A stretch of DNA of 64,000 bases from Mobula hypostoma (Eukaryota). The translations under genes and the position numbers were made by a program. Of this stretch, positions 36,810 through 48,649 are shown one piece after another (position 1 is the first letter of the stretch; every line of letters starts with the position of its first letter). The DNA lies in contig NC_086108.1 of NCBI RefSeq assembly GCF_963921235.1, forward strand, positions 56,794,001 to 56,858,000. Direction: 5' to 3'. The notes under the pieces were generated by a model that was not told the DNA's origin, did not search any database, and worked only from the letters and a program-made list of their open reading frames with translations.

Positions 36810-37460
36810 AGACTATAAGACCATAAGAGATAGGAGCAAAATTAGGCCATTCGGCCTATCAAATCTACTCTACCATTCAATCATGGCTGATTTGTTTTCC
36901 CTCTCAACCTCTGCTTTAAGTATACCCAATAATTTCACCTCCACAACCTTCTGTGGAAATGAATTCCACAGATTCACTACATTTTGGCTTAAGAAATTCC
37001 GTGTGTTTATGACCATGCACATCCCTCTACTATATTCCATCTGCCACTTCTTTGCCCATTCTCCTAATCTGTCCAAGTCCTTCTACAGACTCACTGCTTC
37101 CTCAATACTACCTTCCCCTCTACCTACCTTTGCATCATTCACAAACATGGGCACAAAGTTATCAATTCAGACATCCAGATCATAAACATATAGTGTGTAA
37201 ATTAGTGGCCCCAACACTGACCCCTGCAGGACAGCACTAGTAATGAGCAGCCAACCAGAAAAGGCTCTCTATTCCCACTCTCTGCCTTCTGCCAGTCAGT
37301 CAGTCTTCCATGCTGGTATCTTTCCTGTAATATTGTAGGCTCTTATTTAACAGCCCCATGTGCAGAACATTGTCAAAGAACTGAAAATCCAAGTAACAAC
37401 ATCCACTGACCTTTGTCTATCCTGCCTGTTATTTCCTCAAAGAATTACAAAAGATTTTTC
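36810..37460 (-). mobile_element. Internally deleted CR1 fragment
   Basis: Tail gactataagaccataaga; peptide DRLGEWAKKWQMEYS...RNFLSQNVVNLWNS. Confidence 0.8.
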
Positions 37461-38167
37461 AACGTGTACATCTATAGTTGTATTAGACTGTAAACTTCAA
37501 TCCTATTATTAGACTGTTACTGGATTTTTCAGTAATTTTTCTAAATCGTCACAACTTGAATTCAGTTTGTTTTTTAGGTTATCTTTGGCAGCTTTCCATA
37601 TCTCTTATTAGAGTTCAGGATTGTTCTTTTAAGGTAAAATAAATCCTACTATGGATAAAACAATCTTGTCAGCTGTGTCTATTTACCAATTAATTCCTCA
37701 CTCCATGTGCTTTTGAATTTTGAATTGGGCAAAAGGCCAAATAGATGATGCCGCAAAGAAGTGTAAGAGCAGAGCTAAGTTTAGAAAGAAGACAATTATA
37801 AAATGTTATTTTTTTAAATTTAATTGAGTTTGCTAAGTCCAAGTTTGAGCAGAATGAATGGTGAACACAGGTATGAAAACCAACATTACTTAAAGCTGGA
37901 AAGAATGAAAAATATTGTATTCAGAAAGTGACATCCAAATATATGCTGTTTTCAAAACCCTATTAGGGCCACACCATTCCCTACAAGATGGCCTCCTGTT
38001 ACAGTGGTCTAAGTTAACCTCTGGAGTGGTCTATTTACAGTAGATTGTGCTGATTTGGATGCAGTCTAAAGCCTATAGAAAGAGTCTTCCTTCTGTTTTA
38101 TATTAACCAGTAAATCAAGATCATTATTACATACTCTGAGAATTAATTTTCTCATTCCACAACAGAA

Positions 38168-38260
38168 GGAGATGGTACAATGGCATAGTAGTAGAACCAC
38201 TGCCTCATGGCACCAAGACCTGGGTTCAGTCTGTACATTGGGTACTGTCCATGTGGACTC
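38168..38260 (+). mobile_element. tRNA-derived SINE head, truncated by the MITE
   Basis: A-box-like TGGCATAGTAG and B-box-like GGTTCAGTC. Confidence 0.55.
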
Positions 38261-38263
38261 TTA

Positions 38264-38763
38264 AGGCTGATTTATTCTTCTGCGTCAACTCGACGCTGTA
38301 AGTATGGCGTCGCCGCGAACCCTACACAGAGCCTACGTGGATCCCTACGCTGCAGCCTGACACGCACCTCTCCCAAAATGTAACTACACGTCGCAGCAAT
38401 GCACACTGAACAACTGTGATTCGTCCGTTTGGTAGCATCACATTTCCTCCTACGCTGCAATAGCTTCCCGTTGGCCGACTGAAGGGAAGGGAAGGAACTC
38501 TGGCTGCAATGCTTTCCATAAAGCTTTACAGACCTCCGAAATTATGGAGGACACATTTCGCTTTTACGAAAAAGACGCTCGCTTTAAAATTGTTTACACC
38601 GAGGAAGACTACCATGACCATGAAGCTTTGCACGGGCAGGTGTGTGCGCATGCGCTATGTGCCCGAATTGCAGAGCAACACAGACACACCAACACACAAG
38701 TATAAATGCTCACAACGCGCATAGGCTACGGCGTCCATTTGACGCACAAGTATAAATCAGCCT
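38264..38763. mobile_element. PIF/Harbinger-type MITE, 500 bp
   Basis: 25-bp TIRs AGGCTGATTTATWCTTSTGCGTCAA (2 mismatches). TSD TTA at 38261-38263 and 38764-38766. CpG-rich interior, no transposase. Confidence 0.88.
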
Positions 38764-39639
38764 TTAGAGACATAGAGCACCACAGCACAAAAGCAGGCCC
38801 TTGGGCCCATCAAGTCCATATCAAACTATTATTCTGCCTAGTCACATCAACCTGCGTCTGAACCATAGCCCTCCATCTCCCCTCCCATCCATGTTCTTAT
38901 CCTGAAGGTGCCCCGCGGGTTCCCCTTAAATATTTAATCTTTGACTCTTAACCTATGATCTCTAGGGTAAGTCTCCTGCTTTGATAGTCTTCCTCACCAT
39001 GCAATACATCCCTGAATCTTGGGTCATCTGCAAATTTGCATAATTGATCCACTTTATCATCCAAGTTGTTGATACAGATGACAAACAACAATGATCCCCG
39101 CAGCACACCGCTCGTTACCAGGCTTCAGTCAGAGAGGCAACCACTCTCTAGCTTCTCCCACTAAGCCAATTTTGAATCCATGGGAATCCGTGCAAATCTG
39201 ATATCATGGACCACAAAACCAAATTATAATGGTACAAATTCAAATTGCTCAGTACCAGTCTCGGCAGGTGCTATGCGTTGTGTGGAGCTAGAGCAACAGC
39301 AGGGTAATATGATTAAATATTTTTACTGAGTCGTGTTGGTAATGGTACACGCTGGGTGGCTTATGATGTGGGAGGACCCAAAAGACAAAGACTGCCACCC
39401 ACGCATATAAGGCCCAGTCAGTTCACTGCACAATTGATGGGCTGCATCTGCACTCACCACAGTCTCACAGTTGATCTGATACTTTCTATTTATGGACAGG
39501 AAGTTTTAATGTTTACATTGGCTTCAATGGTCAAATCTATCCCCTGGTTTTGCATTAGTTTAGAGGATTCTCACCCCAATGTGGTTAAGATAACAAATGA
39601 AATCCTCAAAAATTGGGATGGATGCACTGGGTTAAATCA

Positions 39640-40770
39640 GTTATAGAGTCACAATGTGCTACAGCACAGAGACAGGACTTTCAGCCCATCTAGTCCATAC
39701 CAACCTAATCTTCTGCCTAGTCCCATCTACCTGCACCTGAACCAAATGCCTCCCTCCAAGTCCTTCCCATCCATATACCTACTGTATCTAAACTTTGTCA
39801 AATGATATAATTGTCTATCATTTCCACTGGTAGCTCATCTGACACACACCACTCTCTGAGTGAAAAGCTTCCCCTTAAATATTTCATCTTTTGCTCTAAA
39901 ACAATAACCTCTACTCTCACCAAACCTGAGGGGGGAAAGGCTGCATGTGTTCACCCTCTCTGTACCCCTCATTATTTGGTATACCTCTATAAGATCTCCC
40001 TCATTTGCCTGCCCTCCAATGAATGAGGTCCTAACCTATTTACCCTTTTCCTATCACTCACGTCCTTCAGTCCTGGCAATTCCCTTACTCTTTCAGCCTT
40101 ATTGATATCTTTCCTGTAGGTAGGTAACTACAGTCACACTCAATACTCAAAATTTGGTCTAAACAATATCTTATACAGGGTGGCGTGGAAGTGTAGTGGT
40201 TAGCACAATGCTTTATAGTACCAGTGACCAGGGTTCAATTCACACCACTGTCTGTGAGGAATTTGCACGTTCTCTCCGTGACTGCACGGGTTTCCTCCCA
40301 CAGTCCAAAGACATACCAGTTGATAGGTTAATTGGTCATTGTAAATTCTCCCATGGTTAGGCCAAGTTTAAATTGGGAGTTGCTGGTCAACGTGGCTCAA
40401 AGGACTGGAAGAGCCTATTCCATGCTGTATCCCAATAAATAAATGAATTATACAACTTCAACATAACATCGCAAATCTGGTACTTAATGCCATGATTTAT
40501 GGAAATATTTGTGCTAAAAGCTCTGCTTATGACCCTATCTACCTGCGCTGCCGCTAGAATTATCTGTATTCCCAGGTCCCTTCGTTTTAACGCACAATGG
40601 AGCCCTGCCGTTCTCTGTGTAAGCCTTATCCTGGTTTGTCCTCCCAAGCTGCCACACCTCACATCTGTGTGTATTAATTTCCATCTGCCATTTTTCAGCC
40701 CATTTTCCCTGATGGTCAAGACCATACTGCAAGCTTTGCTAGCTTGCCTCACTGTCTACTGCCCACCCCC
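39640..40770 (-). mobile_element. Decayed CR1 fragment (another at ~38770-39190)
   Basis: KWAEKWQMEINTHRCEV peptide and a CR1-like 3' UTR. Confidence 0.75.
40178..40447 (+). mobile_element. tRNA-derived V-SINE (HE1-like) nested in CR1
   Basis: A box GTGTAGTGG, B box GGTTCAATTC, V-domain CACAGTCCAAAGACA...AGGTTAATTGG, (TAAA)n tail. TSD TTATACA at 40171-40177 and 40448-40454. Confidence 0.85.
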
Positions 40771-41119
40771 AGCAGCTGCTGGCTCCGAGTTTCAGGATCA
40801 CTAGAAGTTCTGTTGGAGATCAGACCTGTCCTGATAACTGACTGGAGGTGATTCTGAGAAAAGGCTCGGTGCATAAGCCAAACCATTGTTCCATTCTCCA
40901 GCATCTCCTGGTATCATGAACAAAGTATAAATCTATCCACCAATCCAAAGGAGAGAGGAAAACACAACTATAAGCATGCCTTGGCTTCAAGGTATCACTG
41001 ACAGGATATTTTGGAGAGGGAAAAGCTGCTTTTATTTAGGGGAAAAGTTATATTTATTGGAATCATTTGTTTTAATTGAAACCTCGAGGAAAATAACAAA
41101 AATATTTTTATTATCACAG

Positions 41120-41333
41120 CCTCTCAAGGTAATTGAGATCAGAGGAAGAGTCCGGGGTTATAATGTAACCCTAAGGGAAAGTACAAAGCATAACTCTACC
41201 ATATGGACAAGGGAGACTAAAAACACGTGGTATACCGTGGGCATTCCCAGCACAGGCGGCGTCATCACTGTGTCTGTCTACAACTCCAGGGGCAGCTCTC
41301 CACCATCTGAACTCCGCCTGTCATCTCTCAGAG
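41120..41333 (+). CDS. IL12RB2: IL12RB2-like exon G (FNIII)
   Basis: atcacag/gtaaaa boundaries. Encodes PLKVIEIRGRVRGYNVTL...ITVSVYNSRGSSPPSELRLSSLR. Follows a 22.6 kb intron. Confidence 0.88.
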
Positions 41334-41777
41334 GTAAAACAAAATGTTTCTGTTTTCACAACATTACTGGAATATCCTTAAGAGGTCTAGAAAAGCAGGA
41401 GAAATTTGGTTTCCTCAGTTGCCTCCTACGCTTCTCCCTTTTCAGTTATCTGCTTTTCTCTTGTGAAGAGATTGGCTCATCCGAGGTGAATGATCTACAA
41501 ACGTTAGCTTCCTCTGACACCTTGATCCAATGGCCACCCTCTACTTGGGAGCCTAATTCTCAGGAGTTGCGTTTCATATTTCCACCTGCCTTAGTTTACT
41601 GCACAGAAACAGATCCATGCCTGTAGGATGAGATAGTTACCTTCAGTCTCTATCCCATCCCATTAACTAATCAGTCTATCATGCAAATTGCTTGTAACAA
41701 AATAAGGGTTCTCCGTAGTAATTCCCTGGGACCCACTATCATTAATATAGAAATCCAGCAAAATAACATTGTAGGTA

Positions 41778-43250
41778 CAGGTTGAGCACCCCTTATCCCA
41801 AAATCCTGAAATTTTTTGAGCACTGACAAGACGCCACATATGGAAAATTCCACAACGCACCAGGAAGGTTTCCAGGTGATGCGCAGGTCTCTGCAAACCA
41901 CAAATAGTTCTGAGAAATGACCTGACCAATCCTGAGTGGTGTCCTGATGGAGCCAGTTTGTTTTCAGTGGTCATCATAGCCAGGTCTTCGTGCATTACTC
42001 ACAGTGATTACCATGTGTTTTGTGCTTATTCTCTGCTCTGTGCTATTAAGATGCTGTTGAAAATGTCACAAAGGCCTGCAGTTATCCCTATGGGTAATAG
42101 TGAAAAGGAAAAAAAAAGGAAGCATTTATGTTTATCTATAACACAGTAAGTCAAGTTGTTGAAGAAACTTGACAGCAGTTTAACTGTGAAGCATCTGACA
42201 GAGTATGGTGTTGGAACGACCACCATCTGCAACCTGAAGAAACAGAAGGACAAACTGTTAAAGTTCTATGCTGAAAGTAATGAACAGAAGTTAATGAAAA
42301 ATAGAAAAGTACTACATAATGTGAAAAATAAAGATCTTAATCATATTTTGGGAAAGTGAATTCATCAATATTGGAGTGAACATATGCTGATCATGAAACA
42401 AGCAAAGACCTATCATGATGAAATGAAAATTTTAGGTAATTGTGAATATTCAGCAGGATGGTTCCAGAAATTTAAGAAAAGACACGGTGTTAAATTTTTG
42501 AAGATTTATGGTAATAAAGTGTCTACTGATCACAAAGCAGCAGAGAAATTCATTGATGAGTTTGCCAAGATCGACACTGACGAAAATCTAACACTGGAAC
42601 AAGTCTACAATGCTGATGAGGCATTATCGTTCTGGTGCTATTGCCCCAGAAAGATACTGACTATAACTGATGAGAAAGTCCCTACAGGAATTAAGGATGA
42701 CAAGGACAGAATAACTGTGCTGGGATGTGCTAATGCAACACTGTACAAATACAGTGTACTGTAAACATAATCATAACACAACATTGTAAGTGGAGACTGG
42801 AAGCCTGCCGTTGTTTGTTGTTGTTCATTAGCTGATTCCAATCTGCTGTGCTGTTTTTGTTACCCTGCACACATTATATTTTCATATACATGTGTGACAA
42901 TCACCAGCGAGACAAAGATTGATTACCAGTACCACATAAATTCAGATGCTGCAGTGATAGGATGCCAAACAGCCACTGACTGTTCACCCATGAGGCTGAG
43001 GTAGTGATAGCTTACCTTTCTGATGGTTCAATGTACTCATTGTTTCATGCACAAAGTTATTAAAATATTATATAAAACTACCTTCAGGGTATATTTACAG
43101 GCTGTACATGTAATGTAAATAGATTTCATGTTTAGGCTTGGGTCCCATCCCCAAGCTATCTCATTATATAAATGCAAAAATATTTCAAAACCTGAAAAAT
43201 TCCTAAATACTTCTGGCCCCAAGTATTTTGGATAAGGGGTGCTCAACCTG
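41778..43250 (+). mobile_element. Tigger/pogo DNA transposon, internally deleted
   Basis: Perfect 21-bp TIRs CAGGTTGAGCACCCCTTATCC with TA on the left. CENP-B-type HTH and start of DDE (YGVGTTTI, SAGWFQKFKKRHG, YNADE, KDRITVLGCANA). Confidence 0.93.
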
Positions 43251-44532
43251 TCTTAGGGAACGCAAGTTCTTCCTACAGTTATTTAGCAATGCCCAACCAA
43301 GGATCATAGCCTTGAATTTTCCTGCCATTTGTGAAAAGGTTTACACTCACACGTCTAATGCACAAAGCATCTCCAAGGTAGAAAGACAAAATTAAAGGCT
43401 GGCATATACTATAAATCAAAAGCTGCAATGGCCTTGTATAAGAAAATACTTCTGAACATAAGATCTACTTTTGTTTTTTTTTCTTTTTCTTTTAGAAAAT
43501 GTTAAAGAAGACACATCAGGTGCGGTGAGATTACAGAGATTTAACAGTTATTGAGAGATATAAACGGCACATGAGTAGTTTAGCACAAAGGGTTTGAATT
43601 CTTTTTAAATCATAAAATGAGAGAACACATGCAAGGGCAATTCATGAATCTAGCAGGGCATTACTCAGATGAAATAGTTGCTACTGAAAGTCACTACTAC
43701 ATTCCATGTTTAGCCACTGTTGTAAAGGCAGGACTATTTTACTGCTTAATGCATTATCTTATTTTGTTAAATCACTTCAAGCAGCAAAATAAAATAAGTA
43801 TACTATTTTCCATTTCCTCCCCAAGATAGTTAGTGGTGCCCTTGTTATCATTACACCCAAGATCAGATAATTTGGTACTAATTGGAGGTAAATTGACAGC
43901 TTTACTCAATCGATAACTTTGAAAATCACAGTTGGATGGCATTTTTGGAATTGTACTCCAGATGAGCTATGCAAACTGGACAAATGCCCAAGGAAACTTG
44001 AAAGACACTATTATATCTCCCATAGCAGTATTTTCAGGTTGAGAACATCTCAGCCTTTATTTTGATATTTTTCTTTCATGTCTAAATAAGCAAACCATCC
44101 TTGAGATGCAAGTTCAGCTGGGGAGATGCAATTTTGTCCCCCATTTAGGTTGTGCCTCTTTTTTTTCTCCCACAGTGTGGGGCCAGTGATGGTTTTTTTT
44201 CAGTACGTGGGCCTAGATGAATATTGTTGCCAGCATCTTCCACTAAGGCAACATTATAATTGAGCCTGACACATGATATCTGTTTGTACATCCTGGAACT
44301 AGGGAACAAAGCCTGCCTTATTTCCCTTCTATGGCATTGAAATGTTGCAGTTACACATGTTGAGGTAACCCACGTAGTAACTTCCCAAGATCATATTTGG
44401 AATTGGTGCAAACTTGCTTTGCATGGTACAGAAACTCACAGGGTAAATGTTTGATGCCATTTATAAGTCTGTACTTGAGTTTTTAAAAAGCTAGTTACTT
44501 ACTTATTATTTATTGATTTTTTTAATGGATAG

Positions 44533-44727
44533 ATCTTCCTCCAGCAAGAAACATTTCCACTATGTATACCGAGAATAACATGCTCTTAATTGAGTGGATG
44601 GAACCAGTAAAACCACCAACGGCAGTCCAAGGATACGTGGTCGAGTGGACAGAAGTAAATGACAAGCTTAATCAAAATATAAATTGGATTAAACTTCCCC
44701 CTCAGAACCATTCAGCAAGATTAACAG
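44533..44727 (+). CDS. IL12RB2: IL12RB2-like exon H (FNIII)
   Basis: atag/gtaaac boundaries. Encodes DLPPARNISTMYTENNMLLIEWMEP...GYVVEWTEV...INWIKLPPQNHSARLT. An in-frame alternative acceptor exists at 44545. Confidence 0.88.
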
Positions 44728-45790
44728 GTAAACTAGATTACCTTCTTTAAACAAGCTGCATTATCATCATCAAACCTATCAGCCTGTTCGGCTTCAGGAC
44801 CTGGCATAATGATGTGATTGGGTATGTTTGGACCTGGAATAAAGTCAGCACCACAGTTTCATTTTGGGGGTTTCAGATTACCCTATATTGTAGGATAGAT
44901 TTCCATTTGTAACATAATGAATGAGGGCAGAGGGAAAACAGTCACAGAGGTCTGCTATAACAGACTTCATGTGAGCGTCCTTAATAAATCAAAATAATCA
45001 CGTTACTACAGACGTACAGTTCTCTTGGTCCTGTCTTCAGAATTGCACTGGTACCAAAGAAAATGAACCCCTGATGCAACTTTAATCTCTGGTCTGTTGC
45101 ATTTAAGACTTTTGGGAAAACTATTGCTTCTGTTGTTATAGTGCGCAGATAGTTGAAGCTTGTGTTTTAGAAAAAATAACTGGAACCTGGGCTGATTATC
45201 CATTGATATTTTTTGAAAAAGCTAAAATTTGCAGGGTTTGGAAATCGGAAGTAAGTAAAACATTTAGGAAGCAAGAAGATTTTTGGGAAAACTGAAAGTA
45301 CATGTTAAGTAAAGTTGTGAGGATAGGTGACTATAACAATTAAGGAGACGCAATATAAAATTGCATGTGTTAACAATTACAGCAATATTTGAACAGAAGC
45401 AGTGGGGGGATTTAGGGACTGAAAGGGGAATTTGGGAATGTTGTGAAACATCACAGGAATGGTGAGTAAAAGTGTAGGTATCAATCGTTCAGCTCTTGCA
45501 ACCCTGTTCTGTTTCTGTGTTAAGATGATGAGTAACCTAGGTTCGGTAACATTTAGCATATGTCACAACGTTTTTCAGTGTTACCTTTGAAGTGTACAGA
45601 GGTGCTATCTGCACCTGTTTTCAGGAGGGTGCTCTTCTCTTTTGCACAGTTTCTGATACACACAACAGTTTTCACCCTCCTTAAATCCTGCCAGTCCCTA
45701 ATTCACACCTCTGTATTTCCTACACCCCTGCTCAACATTTGAACCACAGCGGAATACTTTCTAATAAGTATGTCTCTCACTGTATTACAG

Positions 45791-45892
45791 AAAATATAAA
45801 ACCCAAGACATGCTTTCAGATCTCCGTCTATGCAGTTTACAAAAATGGAACCGGAAAATCACTTTTAACTCGGAAGTACACAGCCCAAGAAG
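45791..45892 (+). CDS. IL12RB2: IL12RB2-like exon I (FNIII)
   Basis: ttacag/gtaatc boundaries. Encodes ENIKPKTCFQISVYAVYKNGTGKSLLTRKYTAQE. Confidence 0.88.
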
Positions 45893-45979
45893 GTAATCAG
45901 ACTCATGGTAACATTCAAACATTGGGTTAATTTAAAAAAAGAGATAATCTTAACCAAGACGTTATCTGTTTTTGTTTAG

Positions 45980-46132
45980 CTTCTCCACTGGCAGGACCTT
46001 CTGTCTTCACTAAACACGACACTGCAGAAATCTTCTGGAAGGATATTCCAAAGAACCAAACGGCTGGTTGCATTGATAGCTATACCATCTACATAAAGAA
46101 AAAAAATTCAAAGTTGCCTCTTGAAATTTATA
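45980..46132 (+). CDS. IL12RB2: IL12RB2-like exon J (last FNIII, start)
   Basis: tgtttag/gtaagt boundaries, after an 87-nt intron. Encodes ASPLAGPSVFTKHDTAEIFWKDIPKNQTAGCIDSYTIYIKKKNSKLPLEIY. Confidence 0.88.
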
Positions 46133-46169
46133 GTAAGTATGACAGAAGAAAATAAATTCAGAATCACAG

Positions 46170-46435
46170 GAAATTGATGCAGGGCACAAGAGCACACCCT
46201 GACATTAGATACTGTCTGTGTGGACTTGGCATATTATCTGTGACTGCACATTTCCCATTGGTGCCTAAGTTTAATTCCACATCCCAAAGACTCATGGGTT
46301 GATAGATTACATTACATTTTAATTGATCTTACTGAATAGATGAATGATTAGAATCTAGCAGGAATAAATTTGGCTTAGTGTAAATGATGACTCAGTAAGA
46401 ATTTTCCATGTGATAGAACAGTGTCTCTATGATTC
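46170..46435 (+). mobile_element. Degraded V-SINE
   Basis: CTGTCTGTGTGGA...CCACATCCCAAAGAC...GTTGATAG resembles the 40178 SINE body. Confidence 0.5.
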
Positions 46436-46584
46436 TGACACTTACTCTCTTAAGCCATCTCCAACATACAGTAAGTCTTGACAAAATTTCTACATCAGAT
46501 CAGTATTTATGACCAACCCCTATAAATCCCTATGGCAGTCAGTAAATGGAAGGTCTTATAAAAATATAGAACCATTGGAGGTAG

Positions 46585-47542
46585 CAGCACTGATGCACCT
46601 CAGGGGTGTGTGTTTAGCCCACTGCTCTACTGTCTCTATACCCATGACTGTGAGGCTAGGCATAGCTCAAATACCATCTATAAATTTGCTGACAATACAA
46701 CAATTGTGGGTAGAATCTCAGGTGGTGACAAGAGGGTGTAAAGGAGTGAGATATGCCAACTTGTGGAGTGGTGCTGCAGCAACAACCTAGCACTCAAGGT
46801 CAGTAAGATGAAAGAGCTGATTGTGGACTTCAGGAAGGGTAAGACAAAGGAACACATACCAATCCTCACAGAAGGATCAGAAGTGGAGAGAGTGAGTAGC
46901 TTCAAGTTCCTGGGTGTCAAGATCTCTGAGGATCTAACACGGTCCCAACATATCGATGTAGTTATAAAGAAGGCAAGACAGCAGCTATACTTTATTAGGA
47001 GTTTGAAGAGACTTGGCATGTCAGCAAGTACACTCAAAAACTTCTATAGTTGTACTGTGGAGAGTATTCTGACAGGCTGCATCACTGTCTGGTATGGAGG
47101 GGCTACTGCACAGGACTGAAAGGAGCTGCAGAAGGTTGTAAATCTAGTCAGCTCCATCTTGGGCACTAGCCTACAAAGTACCCAGGACATCTTTAGGGAG
47201 CAGTGTCTCAGAAAGGCAGTGTCCATTATTAGGGACCTCCAGCACCCAGGGCATGCCCTTTTCTCACTGTTACCATCAGGTAGGAGATACAAAAGCTTGA
47301 AGTCACACACTCAGTGATTCAGGAACAGCTTCTTCCCCTCTGCCATCCAATTCCTAAATGGACATTGAAGCTTTGGATACTACCTCACTTCTTTTAATAT
47401 ACAGTATTTCTGTTTTTGCACGTTTTTGAAATCTATTCAATCCACATCATTGATTTACTTATTATGTATTGCATTGAACTGCTGCTGCTAAGTTAACAAA
47501 TTTCACATCACATGCCGCTGTCAATAAACCTGATTCTGATTC
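46585..47542 (+). mobile_element. Rex1/Babar LINE 3' part
   Basis: [23 protein letters not shown]...FKFLGV...LYFIRSLK; tail aataaacctgattctgattct. Confidence 0.9.
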
Positions 47543-48649
47543 TAACATATAGAGACCATTTTCCCCATTTTCAGTGTGTTCTTTGGCATGCTGCAGCAAT
47601 ACAATGCAAAATAATTTCATTGCCCTATTGTCTTTTTACTGCCCAGGATCTATACTGCTTGAAATATATATTATTTTTTTTTTAAACAGGTGCACCAATA
47701 TCTAGCAAAGCTTTTGTTTGAACAAATTTGTATGGGAAGAAGTTTCCCCAACCCCTTTAAGTATAGCCAAAGATGATTTTCTCAACCAGAAGAAATAGGT
47801 TTCCATATTTTTTCCAATAAAATACTCCATAATTGTAAAACACCTCATTTACAGGTCCATCACAGGTTATAGCGGGGTTACATTCCTGTAAACTGTTCGT
47901 GACCCAGAAATGTTCCCACAAAGCAGAAGGTACCAGCAGCAGTAGCAAATTCATACCAACAGTCTTCCAGAGACTCGTTTGTGGGGTATGGGCTGTACAG
48001 AAGTCAGGCATCTGTTAGGCTGGGAGGATCTGCCATTAGATTAGTGTCTCATTAGGGTCTCATTGGATCAGTTTGTTTTATAATTAAATCAACAAATAAA
48101 ACCATGTAATGTAGAAAGATCCAGTCTGAGATTTCAACTAGCTGAGACAGCAATAAAGTTGCACATTTAAAATAGACAAACCAAAATTTCTTCTCTCAGA
48201 CTTTTGAATCTATGGAACTCTGCTTCCACAGATGTTTCAGGGAAGAATATTTCTGAGCTAGTGGTGAACGGTTGCTTTAAACAAGTGGGTGAAAGTTACT
48301 GGGAGGTAGATGGGAATATCAAGTTGAGGTCACAGACAAATCTGCTATAATCTTATTGATTAGCAGGGTGGGTTTCCTCTCAGTCCCAAACACCAGTACC
48401 TCACTCTACTGCTGTCTTCCTCCATTGAAAGCAAAAGCTGATCTGTAACTTGCTAAGTTCTGGACACCTGTGTGACATACATTGAACAGAAGTCACAGCC
48501 AATCAATTTCTCAAACATCACTCACTTTACAAGTAATGTCCTACCTCCTAGCTGATTTCACTGCATGACCTATTATGCAAAACTATGTTTAAAAACCTTC
48601 TCATTTCTAATGAGAGCAATACAAAAGTAACCTCACAGTGGCTCACTCC

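Noticed and set aside
40976..41626. 216-aa ORF as a stand-alone gene
   Set aside because: Only 41120-41333 is receptor-like and bounded by splice sites. The rest is intron read-through.
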